DNA from: a virus
Lineage: Duplodnaviria; Caudoviricetes
Virus record (IMG/VR): IMGVR_UViG_2747842453_000002
Coordinates: 32,001 to 96,000 of that record
Strand: one strand, 5' to 3'
Length of the DNA: 64,000 nucleotides
Shown: piece after piece, positions 27,638-37,155 of the stretch
Numbering within the stretch: position 1 is the first letter of the stretch
How the letters are laid out: each line of letters begins with the position of its first letter
The notes under the pieces: model-generated
Seen by the model: only the letters and a program-made list of their open reading frames with translations
Told to the model about the DNA's origin: nothing
The model's database searches: none
Program-made: the position numbers and the translations under genes

Positions 27638-28675
27638 ATGCTAAAGAGTTTCTTTTGGACTCCATCGCAATTTCTATATGCTTGGCTAATGCTTGCTTGG
27701 CTGTTATTCATTGGATGGTATAATGTTCAAATTCTAGTTTATTATAACGCATGGAACCGAGAGTTTTATGATGCTATACAAACACTACAAGAGGCAAGAT
27801 TTTGGGAACTATTCTGGAGTTTTAATCCAGTTAGACTATGGGAGTTTATCACGTTCAGTATGGACGAAACAACCACTGTTCCTAGTTTCTTAGAAATACT
27901 TCTTATCTATGTACCAATGGCAACGTATGCCACATGGCAAACACAACGATTTACATTCCGTTGGAGAGAAGCAAATACACATTACTATCTAAAGCGGTGG
28001 GAATCTTCTACAGCAAAGATTGAAGGTGGTTCACAGCGTATTCAAGAGGATCTAATGATCTTTGGTAAAACCCTACAATCACTATTCACTGGTTTTGTCA
28101 ATAAGATTTTCATTCTTGCTGCATTCTTACCTGTATTATGGACATTAAGTGAAGGTCTACCCGTTTGGAATGGTCAAATTATTCCTGGCTTTCTAGTTTG
28201 GGCTGCACTTATAATGAGTATAGGTGGAACACTATTATCATTCTTGCTAGGTATTAAACTTCCAGGTTTGGAATATAAAAACCAAGTAGTAGAAGCAAAG
28301 TTTCGTAAAAAACTTGTTCATAGTGAAGATGATTTTAAAGAACGATTATCAGAAGACTTGTTCCCAATGTTTGCATCCATCAAACGTAACTACTATCGCC
28401 TATTCAACTACTATATGGGCTTTGGTATATGGCAAACTGGATTTTCATTACTAGCAGGTAATGTTGCTATTGTAATATTAGCACCAAGTTATTTTGCACA
28501 GTTGATTACATTTGGTGTTCTTATTCAGGTGCTAAATGCATTTGGCAGAGTAGAAGGTGCACTAACATTCTTTATCGATAGATGGACAACGATTGTTGAT
28601 TTCCAATCTGTAATTAAACGATTAAGAGAGTTTAATAAAGTTCTTGATGAAGCAGATAATAACGCTACGTCCTAA
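27638..28675 (+). CDS. SbmA/BacA-family inner-membrane peptide transporter
   Basis: NAWNREFYD, FRWR, IEGGSQRIQED, LPGLEYKNQVVEAKFRKKLV and KRLREF motifs; multiple TM helices. Confidence 0.85.
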   Translation: MLKSFFWTPSQFLYAWLMLAWLLFIGWYNVQILVYYNAWNREFYDAIQTLQEARFWELFWSFNPVRLWEFITFSMDETTTVPSFLEILLIYVPMATYATWQTQRFTFRWREANTHYYLKRWESSTAKIEGGSQRIQEDLMIFGKTLQSLFTGFVNKIFILAAFLPVLWTLSEGLPVWNGQIIPGFLVWAALIMSIGGTLLSFLLGIKLPGLEYKNQVVEAKFRKKLVHSEDDFKERLSEDLFPMFASIKRNYYRLFNYYMGFGIWQTGFSLLAGNVAIVILAPSYFAQLITFGVLIQVLNAFGRVEGALTFFIDRWTTIVDFQSVIKRLREFNKVLDEADNNATS

Positions 28676-28700
28676 TAGCACAGTGTCAATATATCACATT

Positions 28701-28728
28701 AAAAAGCGTCTAAATTGGACGCTTTTTT
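28701..28728 (+). terminator. Intrinsic terminator
   Basis: AAAAAGCGTC-loop-GACGCTTTTTT. Confidence 0.8.
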
Positions 28729-28794
28729 ACATTATATCGGTACATAATTGTTAAATTTAGATAAATATGTTTAACAATCAAGGAATAAAATAAT

Positions 28795-29085
28795 ATGGCT
28801 AGACCTAAACCAAATATAATACTAGAGTACACTAATGCAAAGACGTATAGAAGTGAACAAGTACTACAGGCAGATGCAATATTTGCAGTATTCTATAAAG
28901 GAAAAGCAATAAATTTACGAAGCCTTAATAGTCTTGTAAATTTTCCTGGTCCTAAATATAAAAAAGTATCATTTTCTAATTCTGGACACGCATTCAATCT
29001 AGCAGAGAAACTAAATGATTTGTTCAAATGTGATGATTTTGAAGTTTTTAAATTGTCAGAAGGAGAAAAGTTATATCCAAAATAA
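28795..29085 (+). CDS. Hypothetical phage protein
   Basis: 96-aa ORF; GATAAATA at 28760. Confidence 0.7.
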   Translation: MARPKPNIILEYTNAKTYRSEQVLQADAIFAVFYKGKAINLRSLNSLVNFPGPKYKKVSFSNSGHAFNLAEKLNDLFKCDDFEVFKLSEGEKLYPK

Positions 29086-29095
29086 CTTATATAAA

Positions 29096-29461
29096 ATGAC
29101 AAAAAATGAACTAATAGAATATTTGAATAAAAATACATCTGGTAAAAAAGCAGGAAGAAAAGAATTTAGAATTAATGATATTTTTATTAGTTCATCAAAT
29201 CAAACCCAAAACTTTAGACTCACTGGTCTCGGCAAAGGTACAATGTCTAAATACTTTCAAAAATATGAATTAATTTTATATTCATCGTCTAAACTAGAGA
29301 CAGGATCACAAATAATAGAGTTAGATAAGTATATGAAAACGCCATACTATCTTAAAAATGGCAAACTTACTATTTTTGAAGAAACTCTTGCAGCAGAATT
29401 TGTGCTATTAAGCTGCGATTTTGATCTATGGATACAAAACAAAAAATTTGCACAATTATAA
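29096..29461 (+). CDS. Hypothetical protein
   Basis: ORF with start adjusted to a non-overlapping ATG. Confidence 0.6.
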   Translation: MTKNELIEYLNKNTSGKKAGRKEFRINDIFISSSNQTQNFRLTGLGKGTMSKYFQKYELILYSSSKLETGSQIIELDKYMKTPYYLKNGKLTIFEETLAAEFVLLSCDFDLWIQNKKFAQL

Positions 29462-29480
29462 ATTTCATGTAAAATAACTC

Positions 29481-29509
29481 TTGACTTCCATAACGAATCA
29501 CTCTATATA
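29481..29509 (+). promoter_or_regulatory. Early promoter with spacer CGAATC
   Basis: TTGACT-N7-CGAATC-N4-TATATA. Confidence 0.75.
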
Positions 29510-29540
29510 TAATGTATAAGTTGGTCAAAAGGATAAGAAC

Positions 29541-29780
29541 ATGTCTACCGGTATTAATAACTTTATGAACGCAATATATAACGCTATTGGCACAGAGGTT
29601 AGTGGTTATTATAAAAATACTCCTTTTCTTGGCAAAATTATCTCTACACGTACAAAGTACGGCAATGATATCCAAGTGACTGTAGAGGATGATGATGGTC
29701 GCTGGTTTCTTATTGATGCAACCGAACTTCTAAATGGTGATACTAGTGTCTATACCAATCTTCATGTTTATTTAAAATAA
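29541..29780 (+). CDS. Small early hypothetical protein
   Basis: Own promoter and AGGA RBS. Confidence 0.65.
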   Translation: MSTGINNFMNAIYNAIGTEVSGYYKNTPFLGKIISTRTKYGNDIQVTVEDDDGRWFLIDATELLNGDTSVYTNLHVYLK

Positions 29781-29793
29781 TTCAAGAAAGTTG

Positions 29794-29822
29794 TTGACAA
29801 TAGAAACGAATCGCTATATAAA
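29794..29822 (+). promoter_or_regulatory. Early promoter with spacer CGAATC
   Basis: TTGACA-N7-CGAATC-N4-TATAAA. Confidence 0.8.
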
Positions 29823-29853
29823 GAATACATAGACAGTAATAAAGGGATATGAT

Positions 29854-30162
29854 ATGTTTGTTGTCAAAACACAAATTCTGGAAAATTATGGTGCACATTC
29901 AGCCGATGGCAAATTTTCAAATGGCAATGCTTACTGGAAAATGAAGGGCGGCAATGAATATATTGTGAACGATGTAGAACGTCCACAAGATGCTATGGCA
30001 TTTATTGCTGCAAAATATATGGTAAATGATCTGTATTGCAAAGAATTTCCGTTAGAAGCAATTACATGGAAAGAATGGCAGAACGAGTTAATGGATGTGG
30101 ACGAAGGTTATCGTGCTTTTCTAGTAGAAAATGCAATTCCAGTATCACCTCTCCAGTCTTAA
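29854..30162 (+). CDS. Small early hypothetical protein
   Basis: Own promoter; ENYGAH..YWKMKGG motif. Confidence 0.7.
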   Translation: MFVVKTQILENYGAHSADGKFSNGNAYWKMKGGNEYIVNDVERPQDAMAFIAAKYMVNDLYCKEFPLEAITWKEWQNELMDVDEGYRAFLVENAIPVSPLQS

Positions 30163-30169
30163 AAAGTTC

Positions 30170-30198
30170 TTGACAGTGTAATCCAACTACGCTATACT
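30170..30198 (+). promoter_or_regulatory. Sigma-70-type promoter
   Basis: TTGACA-17-TATACT; no CGAATC in the spacer. Confidence 0.75.
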
Positions 30199-30214
30199 AT
30201 AATAGTAATAAACA

Positions 30215-30421
30215 ATGAAAGAGAATCAAATGAACGTAAATTTTACAAAAATAACTGATATCGAATTTGAAGGTATCGATATGGCAGACTATCCTAAGTT
30301 CTGTGATGCGTATATTGAATCTGCTGTTATCGATGGCGTTGAAGCTACCGAAAAACAACTTGACGTAATCAACGCAGACTATTCGTTTGTCTACGAAAAA
30401 CTACAAGAGTGGTTATACTAA
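30215..30421 (+). CDS. Small early hypothetical protein
   Basis: 68-aa ORF (start may be 30230); GIDMADYPKFCDAYI. Confidence 0.65.
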   Translation: MKENQMNVNFTKITDIEFEGIDMADYPKFCDAYIESAVIDGVEATEKQLDVINADYSFVYEKLQEWLY

Positions 30422-30425
30422 AAAC

Positions 30426-30454
30426 TTGACAAATATTTCGAATCACGCTATAGT
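30426..30454 (+). promoter_or_regulatory. Early promoter with spacer CGAATC
   Basis: TTGACA-N7-CGAATC-N4-TATAGT. Confidence 0.8.
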
Positions 30455-30482
30455 ATATAAGTAATCAAAAAAGGAATACAAT

Positions 30483-31613
30483 ATGTCTGCAACTGTTTCA
30501 ACACATGATATGGATGTTCGTCTAGTTCGCCCAAGCGATATTCGTGAAGAAGTTAACTATGCAATGAATCGTAAGCGCCCTGTCTTTATTTGGGGACCTC
30601 CTGGTATTGGCAAATCTGAAATTGTAAGTTCTATTACGCAAGAACGCTCAGGCTATATGATTGATATGCGTCTTGCACTTATGGAGCCCACTGATTTGCG
30701 TGGTATTCCTGTTCCAAATATTGAGACTGGGCTTATGGAATGGTTGCCACCTGCTGATCTCCCTACTCAAGAACTTGCTGACCAATTTGATTGTGTTGTT
30801 TTATTCTTAGACGAAATGAACCAAGCACCGCAATCAGTACAGGCTGCAGCATATCAATTAATTCTTAATCGCCGCTTAGGGAATTATCATCTTCCCGACA
30901 ATGTTCTTATTGTTGCTGCTGGTAATCGGGAGAGCGACCGTGGTGTTGCGTATCGTATGCCTAGCGCACTTGCCAATCGCTTTGTTCACTTAGAAATGAC
31001 TACAGATTTCGAAGATTGGCAAGTTTGGGCATTACTTAACAATATGAATCCAGAAGTTATAGGCTATGTTACTGCTAATAAAATGGATCTAATGAACTTT
31101 GATCCTCGTACTGCTTCACGTGCATTTGCTACTCCTCGTTCATGGACTTTTGTTTCACAAATGCTTCCACAACCTGGCGAAGAAATTAGCACAAGCCGAT
31201 TGCATGATTTGATTGCTGGCACAGTAGGTGATGGCATTGCTACTAAGTTTATGGCTCACCGTGCACTAACAGGTAAACTTCCTAATCCAACTGATATCTT
31301 AAATGGAACAGTTACCACACTTTCACCTGAAGCGCGTGAAATCTCTGCTATGTTCTCACTAACTGCATCGCTATGCTACGAACTTAAAGATTTTCTAGAC
31401 CGCAATGGTAAAGAAAAAATGGAAGAGTTATATAAAATGGCTGATAATTTTTTCAACTTTATGATGGATAACTTTGAAACTGAAATGACTGTACTTGGTG
31501 GTCGCACCGCATTGAAAGTTTATAAACTGCCACTTGAGCCTCGCAAAGTTCCTTGCATTGAAAAGTTTTTCAAAAAATATGGCAAACTAATCATTGATGC
31601 ACACAATGCTTAA
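30483..31613 (+). CDS. MoxR-like AAA+ ATPase
   Basis: Walker A GPPGIGKS, Walker B LFLDE, AAGN and ALANRF. Confidence 0.9.
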   Translation: MSATVSTHDMDVRLVRPSDIREEVNYAMNRKRPVFIWGPPGIGKSEIVSSITQERSGYMIDMRLALMEPTDLRGIPVPNIETGLMEWLPPADLPTQELADQFDCVVLFLDEMNQAPQSVQAAAYQLILNRRLGNYHLPDNVLIVAAGNRESDRGVAYRMPSALANRFVHLEMTTDFEDWQVWALLNNMNPEVIGYVTANKMDLMNFDPRTASRAFATPRSWTFVSQMLPQPGEEISTSRLHDLIAGTVGDGIATKFMAHRALTGKLPNPTDILNGTVTTLSPEAREISAMFSLTASLCYELKDFLDRNGKEKMEELYKMADNFFNFMMDNFETEMTVLGGRTALKVYKLPLEPRKVPCIEKFFKKYGKLIIDAHNA

Positions 31614-31618
31614 AAATA

Positions 31619-31644
31619 AAAAGTGATCTTCGGATCACTTTTTT
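31619..31644 (+). terminator. Intrinsic terminator with cUUCGg tetraloop
   Basis: AAAAGTGATC-TTCG-GATCACTTTTTT. Confidence 0.9.
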
Positions 31645-31645
31645 C

Positions 31646-31675
31646 TTGACATATTATAAATACCTGTGATATGTT
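31646..31675 (+). promoter_or_regulatory. Sigma-70-type promoter
   Basis: TTGACA-18-TATGTT; TATAAATA lies inside the spacer. Confidence 0.55.
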
Positions 31676-31706
31676 ATTAAAGTAATCAGACACAAGGACG
31701 AATCAC

Positions 31707-33053
31707 ATGCGTATCGAACCAGAAAAAATTACAACTGAAGATGATTTTAATTCAGTGTTTGATGATTTACTTAAAGAAAATGGTATTGAAGTTGACGAAA
31801 ATTCAGAAGAACCAGTGGTATTTGAATACACCGACCTAGAAGTCAAAGAAATGATTGTATCTGGTCGTGTTCGTATGCTAATTAAGCATCCATTCTTCGG
31901 CACTCTTGCGACTCGTTTAAAACTAGTAGAAGCAGAATGGTGTCCAACCGCCGCGGTAGATGGTAAGCACTTCTATTATAACTCGGATTTCTTCCGTACA
32001 ATGACACCAGAGGAAATTGACTTTATTGTCGGCCATGAGGTTTTTCATTGTGTGTACGACCATTGTGGCATCGGTAGTCGCTTAATGGATTTTGCAGATA
32101 ATGAACGTAATGCAAAGTTGTGGAATATTGCTGCTGATTACAAAGTCAATCAGGCAACAGTAGAAGCAAAAATTGGCACAATGCCAAAGCAAGCTCTGTA
32201 TGATCGCAAGTATTACAAATCATATACTGAAGAAATCTATCGTGACCTATTAACGCAACAAGAAGATGGCAAAGATTTCAGTGATACCGATACACTTGAT
32301 GAACATATGTTTGGTGATGGTGATGGTGATGGTGAAGGTAGTGGCAATGGTGAAAATGATCCTACAGGTCGTAAGGCTCCTATAAAAATTTCAAAAGAAG
32401 AAGCCAAAGAGATTAAAGACCAAATGAAACAGGCTGTATTACAGGCTGCACAAGCATCTGGTGCTGGCAATCTTCCTGGTGATGTTAAACGTATCATTCA
32501 AGATATGACTGAACCTAAGATGGACTGGCGTGAATATTTGAACTTGAGTATTCAAAGTTCACAAAAATCTGATTTTACATGGATGCGCCAATCACGTAAA
32601 TCTCGTAGTATGGGTATTTACTTACCAGGCATGGACAATGAAGTTATGGTTGATGCTGCTATTGGTATTGATGTTTCAGGTTCTATATCCAAAGATATGA
32701 TACGTAACTTCTTAGGTGAAGTCTACGGTATTATGCAGCAGTTTCAAGATTTTCGTTTAAAGATTTGGACATTTGATACCCGAGTATACGAAGAATCTTT
32801 TAAAGAATTTACTCCTATGAACGCAGATGAAATTCATGAGTATGAAGTTATTGGTTGTGGTGGAACTGATTTTGTTTGTAATTGGGACTTTATGGAAGAA
32901 AATCAAATTGAACCTGATAAATTTATCATGTTCACTGATGGCATGCCATTTGGCAGTTGGGGTAACTCGGCATATTGTGACACTCTATTTGTTATACATG
33001 GTTCAAAAAATATTGTTCCTCCGTTTGGCGAATACACTTATTATCAAGACTAA
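31707..33053 (+). CDS. Metallopeptidase + vWA domain protein (DUF2201-like), MoxR partner
   Basis: HEVFH (HExxH), DVSGS MIDAS, GGTDF and FTDG motifs. Confidence 0.85.
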   Translation: MRIEPEKITTEDDFNSVFDDLLKENGIEVDENSEEPVVFEYTDLEVKEMIVSGRVRMLIKHPFFGTLATRLKLVEAEWCPTAAVDGKHFYYNSDFFRTMTPEEIDFIVGHEVFHCVYDHCGIGSRLMDFADNERNAKLWNIAADYKVNQATVEAKIGTMPKQALYDRKYYKSYTEEIYRDLLTQQEDGKDFSDTDTLDEHMFGDGDGDGEGSGNGENDPTGRKAPIKISKEEAKEIKDQMKQAVLQAAQASGAGNLPGDVKRIIQDMTEPKMDWREYLNLSIQSSQKSDFTWMRQSRKSRSMGIYLPGMDNEVMVDAAIGIDVSGSISKDMIRNFLGEVYGIMQQFQDFRLKIWTFDTRVYEESFKEFTPMNADEIHEYEVIGCGGTDFVCNWDFMEENQIEPDKFIMFTDGMPFGSWGNSAYCDTLFVIHGSKNIVPPFGEYTYYQD

Positions 33054-33061
33054 ATATCATT

Positions 33062-33601
33062 ATGACAAACGATACACTGTTATTAAATACTGATGGTTCA
33101 CCATTAAGTATAACACCACTTTCAACCTTATCATGGCAAGAAAGCATTAAACTAATCTGGCTAGATAAAGTTAATGTTCTTGAATGGCATGAATGGCAGG
33201 TACATTCTGTTAATCATAGTATGCATGTCCCAAGTGTTATAACAGTTAAAGAATATATGCCATACTCTGGAACAATTAACTTTACTCGTAATAATGTTTT
33301 TATAAGAGATAAGTACATGTGCCAATATTGTTTAAAGAAATTTGTAAAATCGGATTTGACTTTAGACCATGTACTTCCAAAATCAAAAGGTGGCAAAACA
33401 AGTTGGCATAATATCGTAAGTGCATGTAAAAAATGCAATCATAGTAAAGGCAATAATCCAAACATTGTTCCTAGAGTTATGCCAGATAAGCCGACCTTTT
33501 ATAAGATGTTTGGTAGTAAAAACTTTATATTAAATATAAAACATGAAATGTGGAAAAAATATTTAGATTGGCCAGATGAATATATTAATATGGTGGCATA
33601 A
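33062..33601 (+). CDS. HNH endonuclease
   Basis: RDKYMCQYC, TLDHVLPKSKGG and NIVSACKKCN. Confidence 0.9.
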   Translation: MTNDTLLLNTDGSPLSITPLSTLSWQESIKLIWLDKVNVLEWHEWQVHSVNHSMHVPSVITVKEYMPYSGTINFTRNNVFIRDKYMCQYCLKKFVKSDLTLDHVLPKSKGGKTSWHNIVSACKKCNHSKGNNPNIVPRVMPDKPTFYKMFGSKNFILNIKHEMWKKYLDWPDEYINMVA

Positions 33602-33607
33602 AACTAC

Positions 33608-33664
33608 TTGACTCTAAACTATTAATATAGTATAATGGTGATATGAATAAGAGTTTATTCATAT
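33608..33664 (+). promoter_or_regulatory. Sigma-70 promoter followed by an inverted repeat at the start site
   Basis: TTGACT-17-TATAAT, then ATATGAATAA-GAGT-TTATTCATAT. Confidence 0.7.
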
Positions 33665-33699
33665 TATATAATATAAATTGACAAAATAGGAGAAACCCA

Positions 33700-33954
33700 A
33701 TGTCAGAAGAAACTCAAGAAGCAGTACAAGATGCACCTGCAGTAGAAACACCAAGTGTTACGGTGAATGATCTTGTGAATGTATATGCTATCATTGATTT
33801 AGCATCGAAACGTGGTGCGTTTCAAGCAGGCGAACTATCAGCAGTTGGCAATACTGCAAATAGAGTAAAAGCATTTGTAGATCATGTTCAGGCTCAAAAT
33901 GCAAGTGCCGAAGTAGAAGCAACAGATGGTGCTGCTGAATCAGCGGAATCGTAA
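33700..33954 (+). CDS. Hypothetical phage protein
   Basis: AGGAG RBS; IIDLASKRGAF motif. Confidence 0.75.
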   Translation: MSEETQEAVQDAPAVETPSVTVNDLVNVYAIIDLASKRGAFQAGELSAVGNTANRVKAFVDHVQAQNASAEVEATDGAAESAES

Positions 33955-33955
33955 T

Positions 33956-34591
33956 ATGGCTAAAGCACCTTTTATTAAACATGTAGGAAGACATTCTGGT
34001 ACAGGTCAGCGTATAAGTGTTGTGTTTATGCAATTACCAGATGATATCAATAATGCTCTAGTTGTGTACAGTGACTCATTACCAGATCGATACCATGATG
34101 CATATATGGAAGCAATCGAATCTAATGAGGGCCAAAATACTAATAATCTATATGAAGTTCTATCTCGTAAAGTATTCTTTCATGGTAAAACTATGCTTGA
34201 TACATTGCATAAAGAAGGGCATTTAAAGAAGGTGCCAACTGAACAGATTATTATGACACCAAATACACAAACTAATGTTCCATTAAATGAAATTAATGAT
34301 GCAATGAATGCGGACGATACTGCAGTATCCGAACCAGTAAACACAGAATCAAAATCAAGAATTGATTCAAACGTGGAATCATCAAAACAAGATGAAAATA
34401 AACAAATTGCACAAAATTTGATGGTACAAGCAAATTTGTTGGAGTCAGATGCTATGGCAAAAAGACAGGAAGCATATAAATATGATCCGAGTCTGAAACC
34501 AAAAGAAGCCAAGTCTAAAGTCCGCGTAACAACTGGAACATCAGCCGATGCTCCAAAAAAGCGTGGTAGACCAAAAAAGTCTGTAACTTAA
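33956..34591 (+). CDS. Hypothetical protein with C-terminal AT-hook-like motif
   Basis: KKRGRPKK at the C-terminus. Confidence 0.7.
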   Translation: MAKAPFIKHVGRHSGTGQRISVVFMQLPDDINNALVVYSDSLPDRYHDAYMEAIESNEGQNTNNLYEVLSRKVFFHGKTMLDTLHKEGHLKKVPTEQIIMTPNTQTNVPLNEINDAMNADDTAVSEPVNTESKSRIDSNVESSKQDENKQIAQNLMVQANLLESDAMAKRQEAYKYDPSLKPKEAKSKVRVTTGTSADAPKKRGRPKKSVT

Positions 34592-34866
34592 TGACAAGTA
34601 AGCGTAGTAACATATTAAGTAGAATTGAACAAGAACGTGACCGACAATACAATTTGGCGGGTAGCGAATATGATGCGAAAAACTCTCCAAATGATTGGAT
34701 TGCAATAGCATCATATTATCTTACTCAAGAAACAAAACGTGCTACTATGCTTACTCCACCTAATTCTACTGAATTTGAACGAGAACTAATCAAAGCAGCG
34801 GCCGTAATTGTTGCATCACTTGAACATATTGAAGTAATGAAAGAGCAAGGACACCTCAGTGATTAA
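34591..34866 (+). CDS. Possible MazG-like all-alpha NTP pyrophosphatase
   Basis: ERDRQ..DW..ELIKAAAVIVA pattern. Confidence 0.45.
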   Translation: MTSKRSNILSRIEQERDRQYNLAGSEYDAKNSPNDWIAIASYYLTQETKRATMLTPPNSTEFERELIKAAAVIVASLEHIEVMKEQGHLSD

Positions 34867-34880
34867 AGAGAGAACACGTA

Positions 34881-35189
34881 GTGGAATTTGATAGAGAAAA
34901 AGAATTTGACCGTATTATAGAAGAAATAACACCAATAAGTATTCCTACTAGTTTCATTAGAGGAATTTCTGTTGTAATGAGAAATGGATCAACTGTTGAA
35001 CTAAATGGAGATGATCTACTAAGTACCTTACCACTTAGTGGAGATTTTAGTTGGTCAGATATTGCTGCAAATTTTGAAGCAATTGAAGATGTAGAAATTC
35101 TAATAGATGTTCCAGGTCTAAGACAAAGTGTAGTAGATAGTGTTAAAAATATTTTAAAAGAACATTTCGATACGTATAAGGATACATAA
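34881..35189 (+). CDS. Hypothetical protein
   Basis: GTG start with GAGAG upstream; abuts thyA. Confidence 0.65.
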   Translation: MEFDREKEFDRIIEEITPISIPTSFIRGISVVMRNGSTVELNGDDLLSTLPLSGDFSWSDIAANFEAIEDVEILIDVPGLRQSVVDSVKNILKEHFDTYKDT

Positions 35190-36059
35190 ATGTCAAATTA
35201 TGCAGAAGATGAATACTTAGACCTGTTACATCACATATTGGAAAAAGGTGAACATCGCAAAAATGAAAGAACAGGAGTAGGTACACGCTCTATATTCATG
35301 TGTACAAATCGTTATGATCTTAATAACGGATTTCCATTACTTACTACAAAGCGAGTACCATTTAAATCAGTACTAAGTGAATTACTATGGTTCCTGGAAG
35401 GTTCACAGAATGAAAGACGGCTTGCTGAAATTCATTATGGTAAACCACGTAGTGAACTAATAGGAAAGAAAACTATTTGGACTGCGAATGCTGATACACA
35501 AGGCGTAGCATTGGGACATTATAATAGTGAAACAAATAAAGATTTGGGCCCAGTATATGGAGTACAGTGGCGAAACTGGAATAACAAAGACCAGATTGCC
35601 ACGCTAATCAATTCAATTAAAAATAATCCACAATCTCGTAGACATATTCTAAATGCATGGAATGTAGGAGACTTAGATAAAATGGCATTACCACCATGTC
35701 ATGTTATGTCACAGTTTTATGTGAGTAATGAAGGTAAACTAAGTTGCAGTTTATATCAACGTAGTGCTGACATATTTTTAGGTGTACCTTTTAACATTGC
35801 AAGTTATTCATTACTCACGCACATGATTGCACATATTTGTAAATTTGATGTGGGTGAATTTATACATGTAATTGGTGATGGACATATATATGAAAACCAT
35901 ATAGATGCGGCCAGGACGCAACTGGCGAGGACACCAGTGCCATTCCCTAAACTTATTATAAATCGTAACGTTTCGCATATAGATGATTTTAAAATGGAAG
36001 ATTTTGATATTAAAGATTATAGTCCAGGCGATACCATCAAAGCACCAATGGCAGTATAA
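35190..36059 (+). CDS. thyA: Thymidylate synthase
   Basis: RTGVGT, ELLWFL, GPVYGVQWR, MALPPCH, YQRSADIFLGVPFNIASY and HIYENH. Confidence 0.97.
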   Translation: MSNYAEDEYLDLLHHILEKGEHRKNERTGVGTRSIFMCTNRYDLNNGFPLLTTKRVPFKSVLSELLWFLEGSQNERRLAEIHYGKPRSELIGKKTIWTANADTQGVALGHYNSETNKDLGPVYGVQWRNWNNKDQIATLINSIKNNPQSRRHILNAWNVGDLDKMALPPCHVMSQFYVSNEGKLSCSLYQRSADIFLGVPFNIASYSLLTHMIAHICKFDVGEFIHVIGDGHIYENHIDAARTQLARTPVPFPKLIINRNVSHIDDFKMEDFDIKDYSPGDTIKAPMAV

Positions 36060-36062
36060 AAG

Positions 36063-36088
36063 AAAAGCACCTATTAGGTGCTTTTTTT
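36063..36088. terminator. Bidirectional terminator between convergent modules
   Basis: AAAAGCACCT-ATT-AGGTGCTTTTTTT. Confidence 0.85.
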
Positions 36089-36133
36089 AAGTTCTGTCAT
36101 ATTGTTAGTTCGTTTTAAATCTTCACTCATAAT

Positions 36134-37090
36134 CTATAAGTCCTCGTTAATAAATGTATCACGCTTCATCTGTTTACATACTTGCATACAACGAGGCACA
36201 GGATTATCACTATCCCAACTATTAACTATACCTTGCCATACATCGCTACTTATAGCATCTTCAACACTTACATTATTCAAGTTAATTGAATTTTTATAAT
36301 CAGTATCTCTAAGTAATGTCTCATAACTATCTTTGGTATTACCACTTACGCCATACTCCAATGTCTTTGCATTTAGATGACAACAAGGAATAACATCACC
36401 TGTATGGTTTATAAAAATTCGTTTTTGATTTCCATACTTACAACTTACATAAGGAATTTCTTGTGCAGTATCAATCTTCTCTGTATTTGCTGCTTTTATA
36501 TTTCCAGTAGTGTCTTTACGATGACTAATAATAGTTTTGAAGTTTTTAAACCCCTCATTCGTGGCTTTGCTTTTGGCTTCCTCCAACTGATGTTCGTTAT
36601 GTTCGAACACGATAAACTGCCATACACTTTTGCCACCTGCTGCATTGAAAGCTCGATAGTTTTGTTCGACTTTTTTGAAATTACTACCCTGACGATATAC
36701 TTCACTTAGTTCATCACTGCCGTCAATTCCCCAAGTAACATTATGGCTACTTGGTAAAATACTTGCTAACTCAGTCCACCAGTTAGTAGTTCGCAAACTA
36801 CCGTTCGTTGCAATATTGATGTGTGTATTCCAATCAGCAAAATGGCGTATAATATCAAAGAACTGTGGATGACTTGTTGGTTCGTCTATACTGCCACAAA
36901 AGTTTACAATTTTAATACTAGGAAATAATTCTTTTTTAAATTTTTCACGTATAGTTTCTATTGTAAGATATTCTTTATTGATAAGATCATCAGCGTGTTT
37001 AGATATAACTCGCAAACAACCTTTGCACTCAATATTACAAAAACTAGTAAGTTCTATATCTAACCATTCTATTGTATCCATATTCCACAT
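36134..37090 (-). CDS. Radical SAM protein with C-terminal Twitch/SPASM-like domain
   Basis: CNIECKGC, TNGS and GDVIPCC motifs. Confidence 0.88.
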   Translation of the reverse strand: MWNMDTIEWLDIELTSFCNIECKGCLRVISKHADDLINKEYLTIETIREKFKKELFPSIKIVNFCGSIDEPTSHPQFFDIIRHFADWNTHINIATNGSLRTTNWWTELASILPSSHNVTWGIDGSDELSEVYRQGSNFKKVEQNYRAFNAAGGKSVWQFIVFEHNEHQLEEAKSKATNEGFKNFKTIISHRKDTTGNIKAANTEKIDTAQEIPYVSCKYGNQKRIFINHTGDVIPCCHLNAKTLEYGVSGNTKDSYETLLRDTDYKNSINLNNVSVEDAISSDVWQGIVNSWDSDNPVPRCMQVCKQMKRDTFINEDL

Positions 37091-37155
37091 ATTATTATTC
37101 TCCTCGCATTGAATTATTTTTTAGATGGTAACTCAATGTCACGTAATTATCAGTT

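Noticed and set aside
31699-31704. Additional CGAATC near the vWA gene start (also one at 55292)
   Set aside because: Not at the conserved spacer position of a -35/-10 pair, so not counted in the promoter class.
32313-32345. (GGTGAT)n microsatellite
   Set aside because: In-frame Gly-Asp linker typical of the peptidase-vWA family; a 6-nt unit cannot cause phase variation.
30483-33053. MoxR ATPase + vWA peptidase pair as a novel system
   Set aside because: A well-known gene pair in large phages and bacteria; nothing unusual here beyond separate promoters.
33062-33601. HNH (and the GIY-YIG at 48760) as intron/intein-associated mobile elements
   Set aside because: Both are free-standing; the neighbouring genes, the polymerase and thyA appear uninterrupted.
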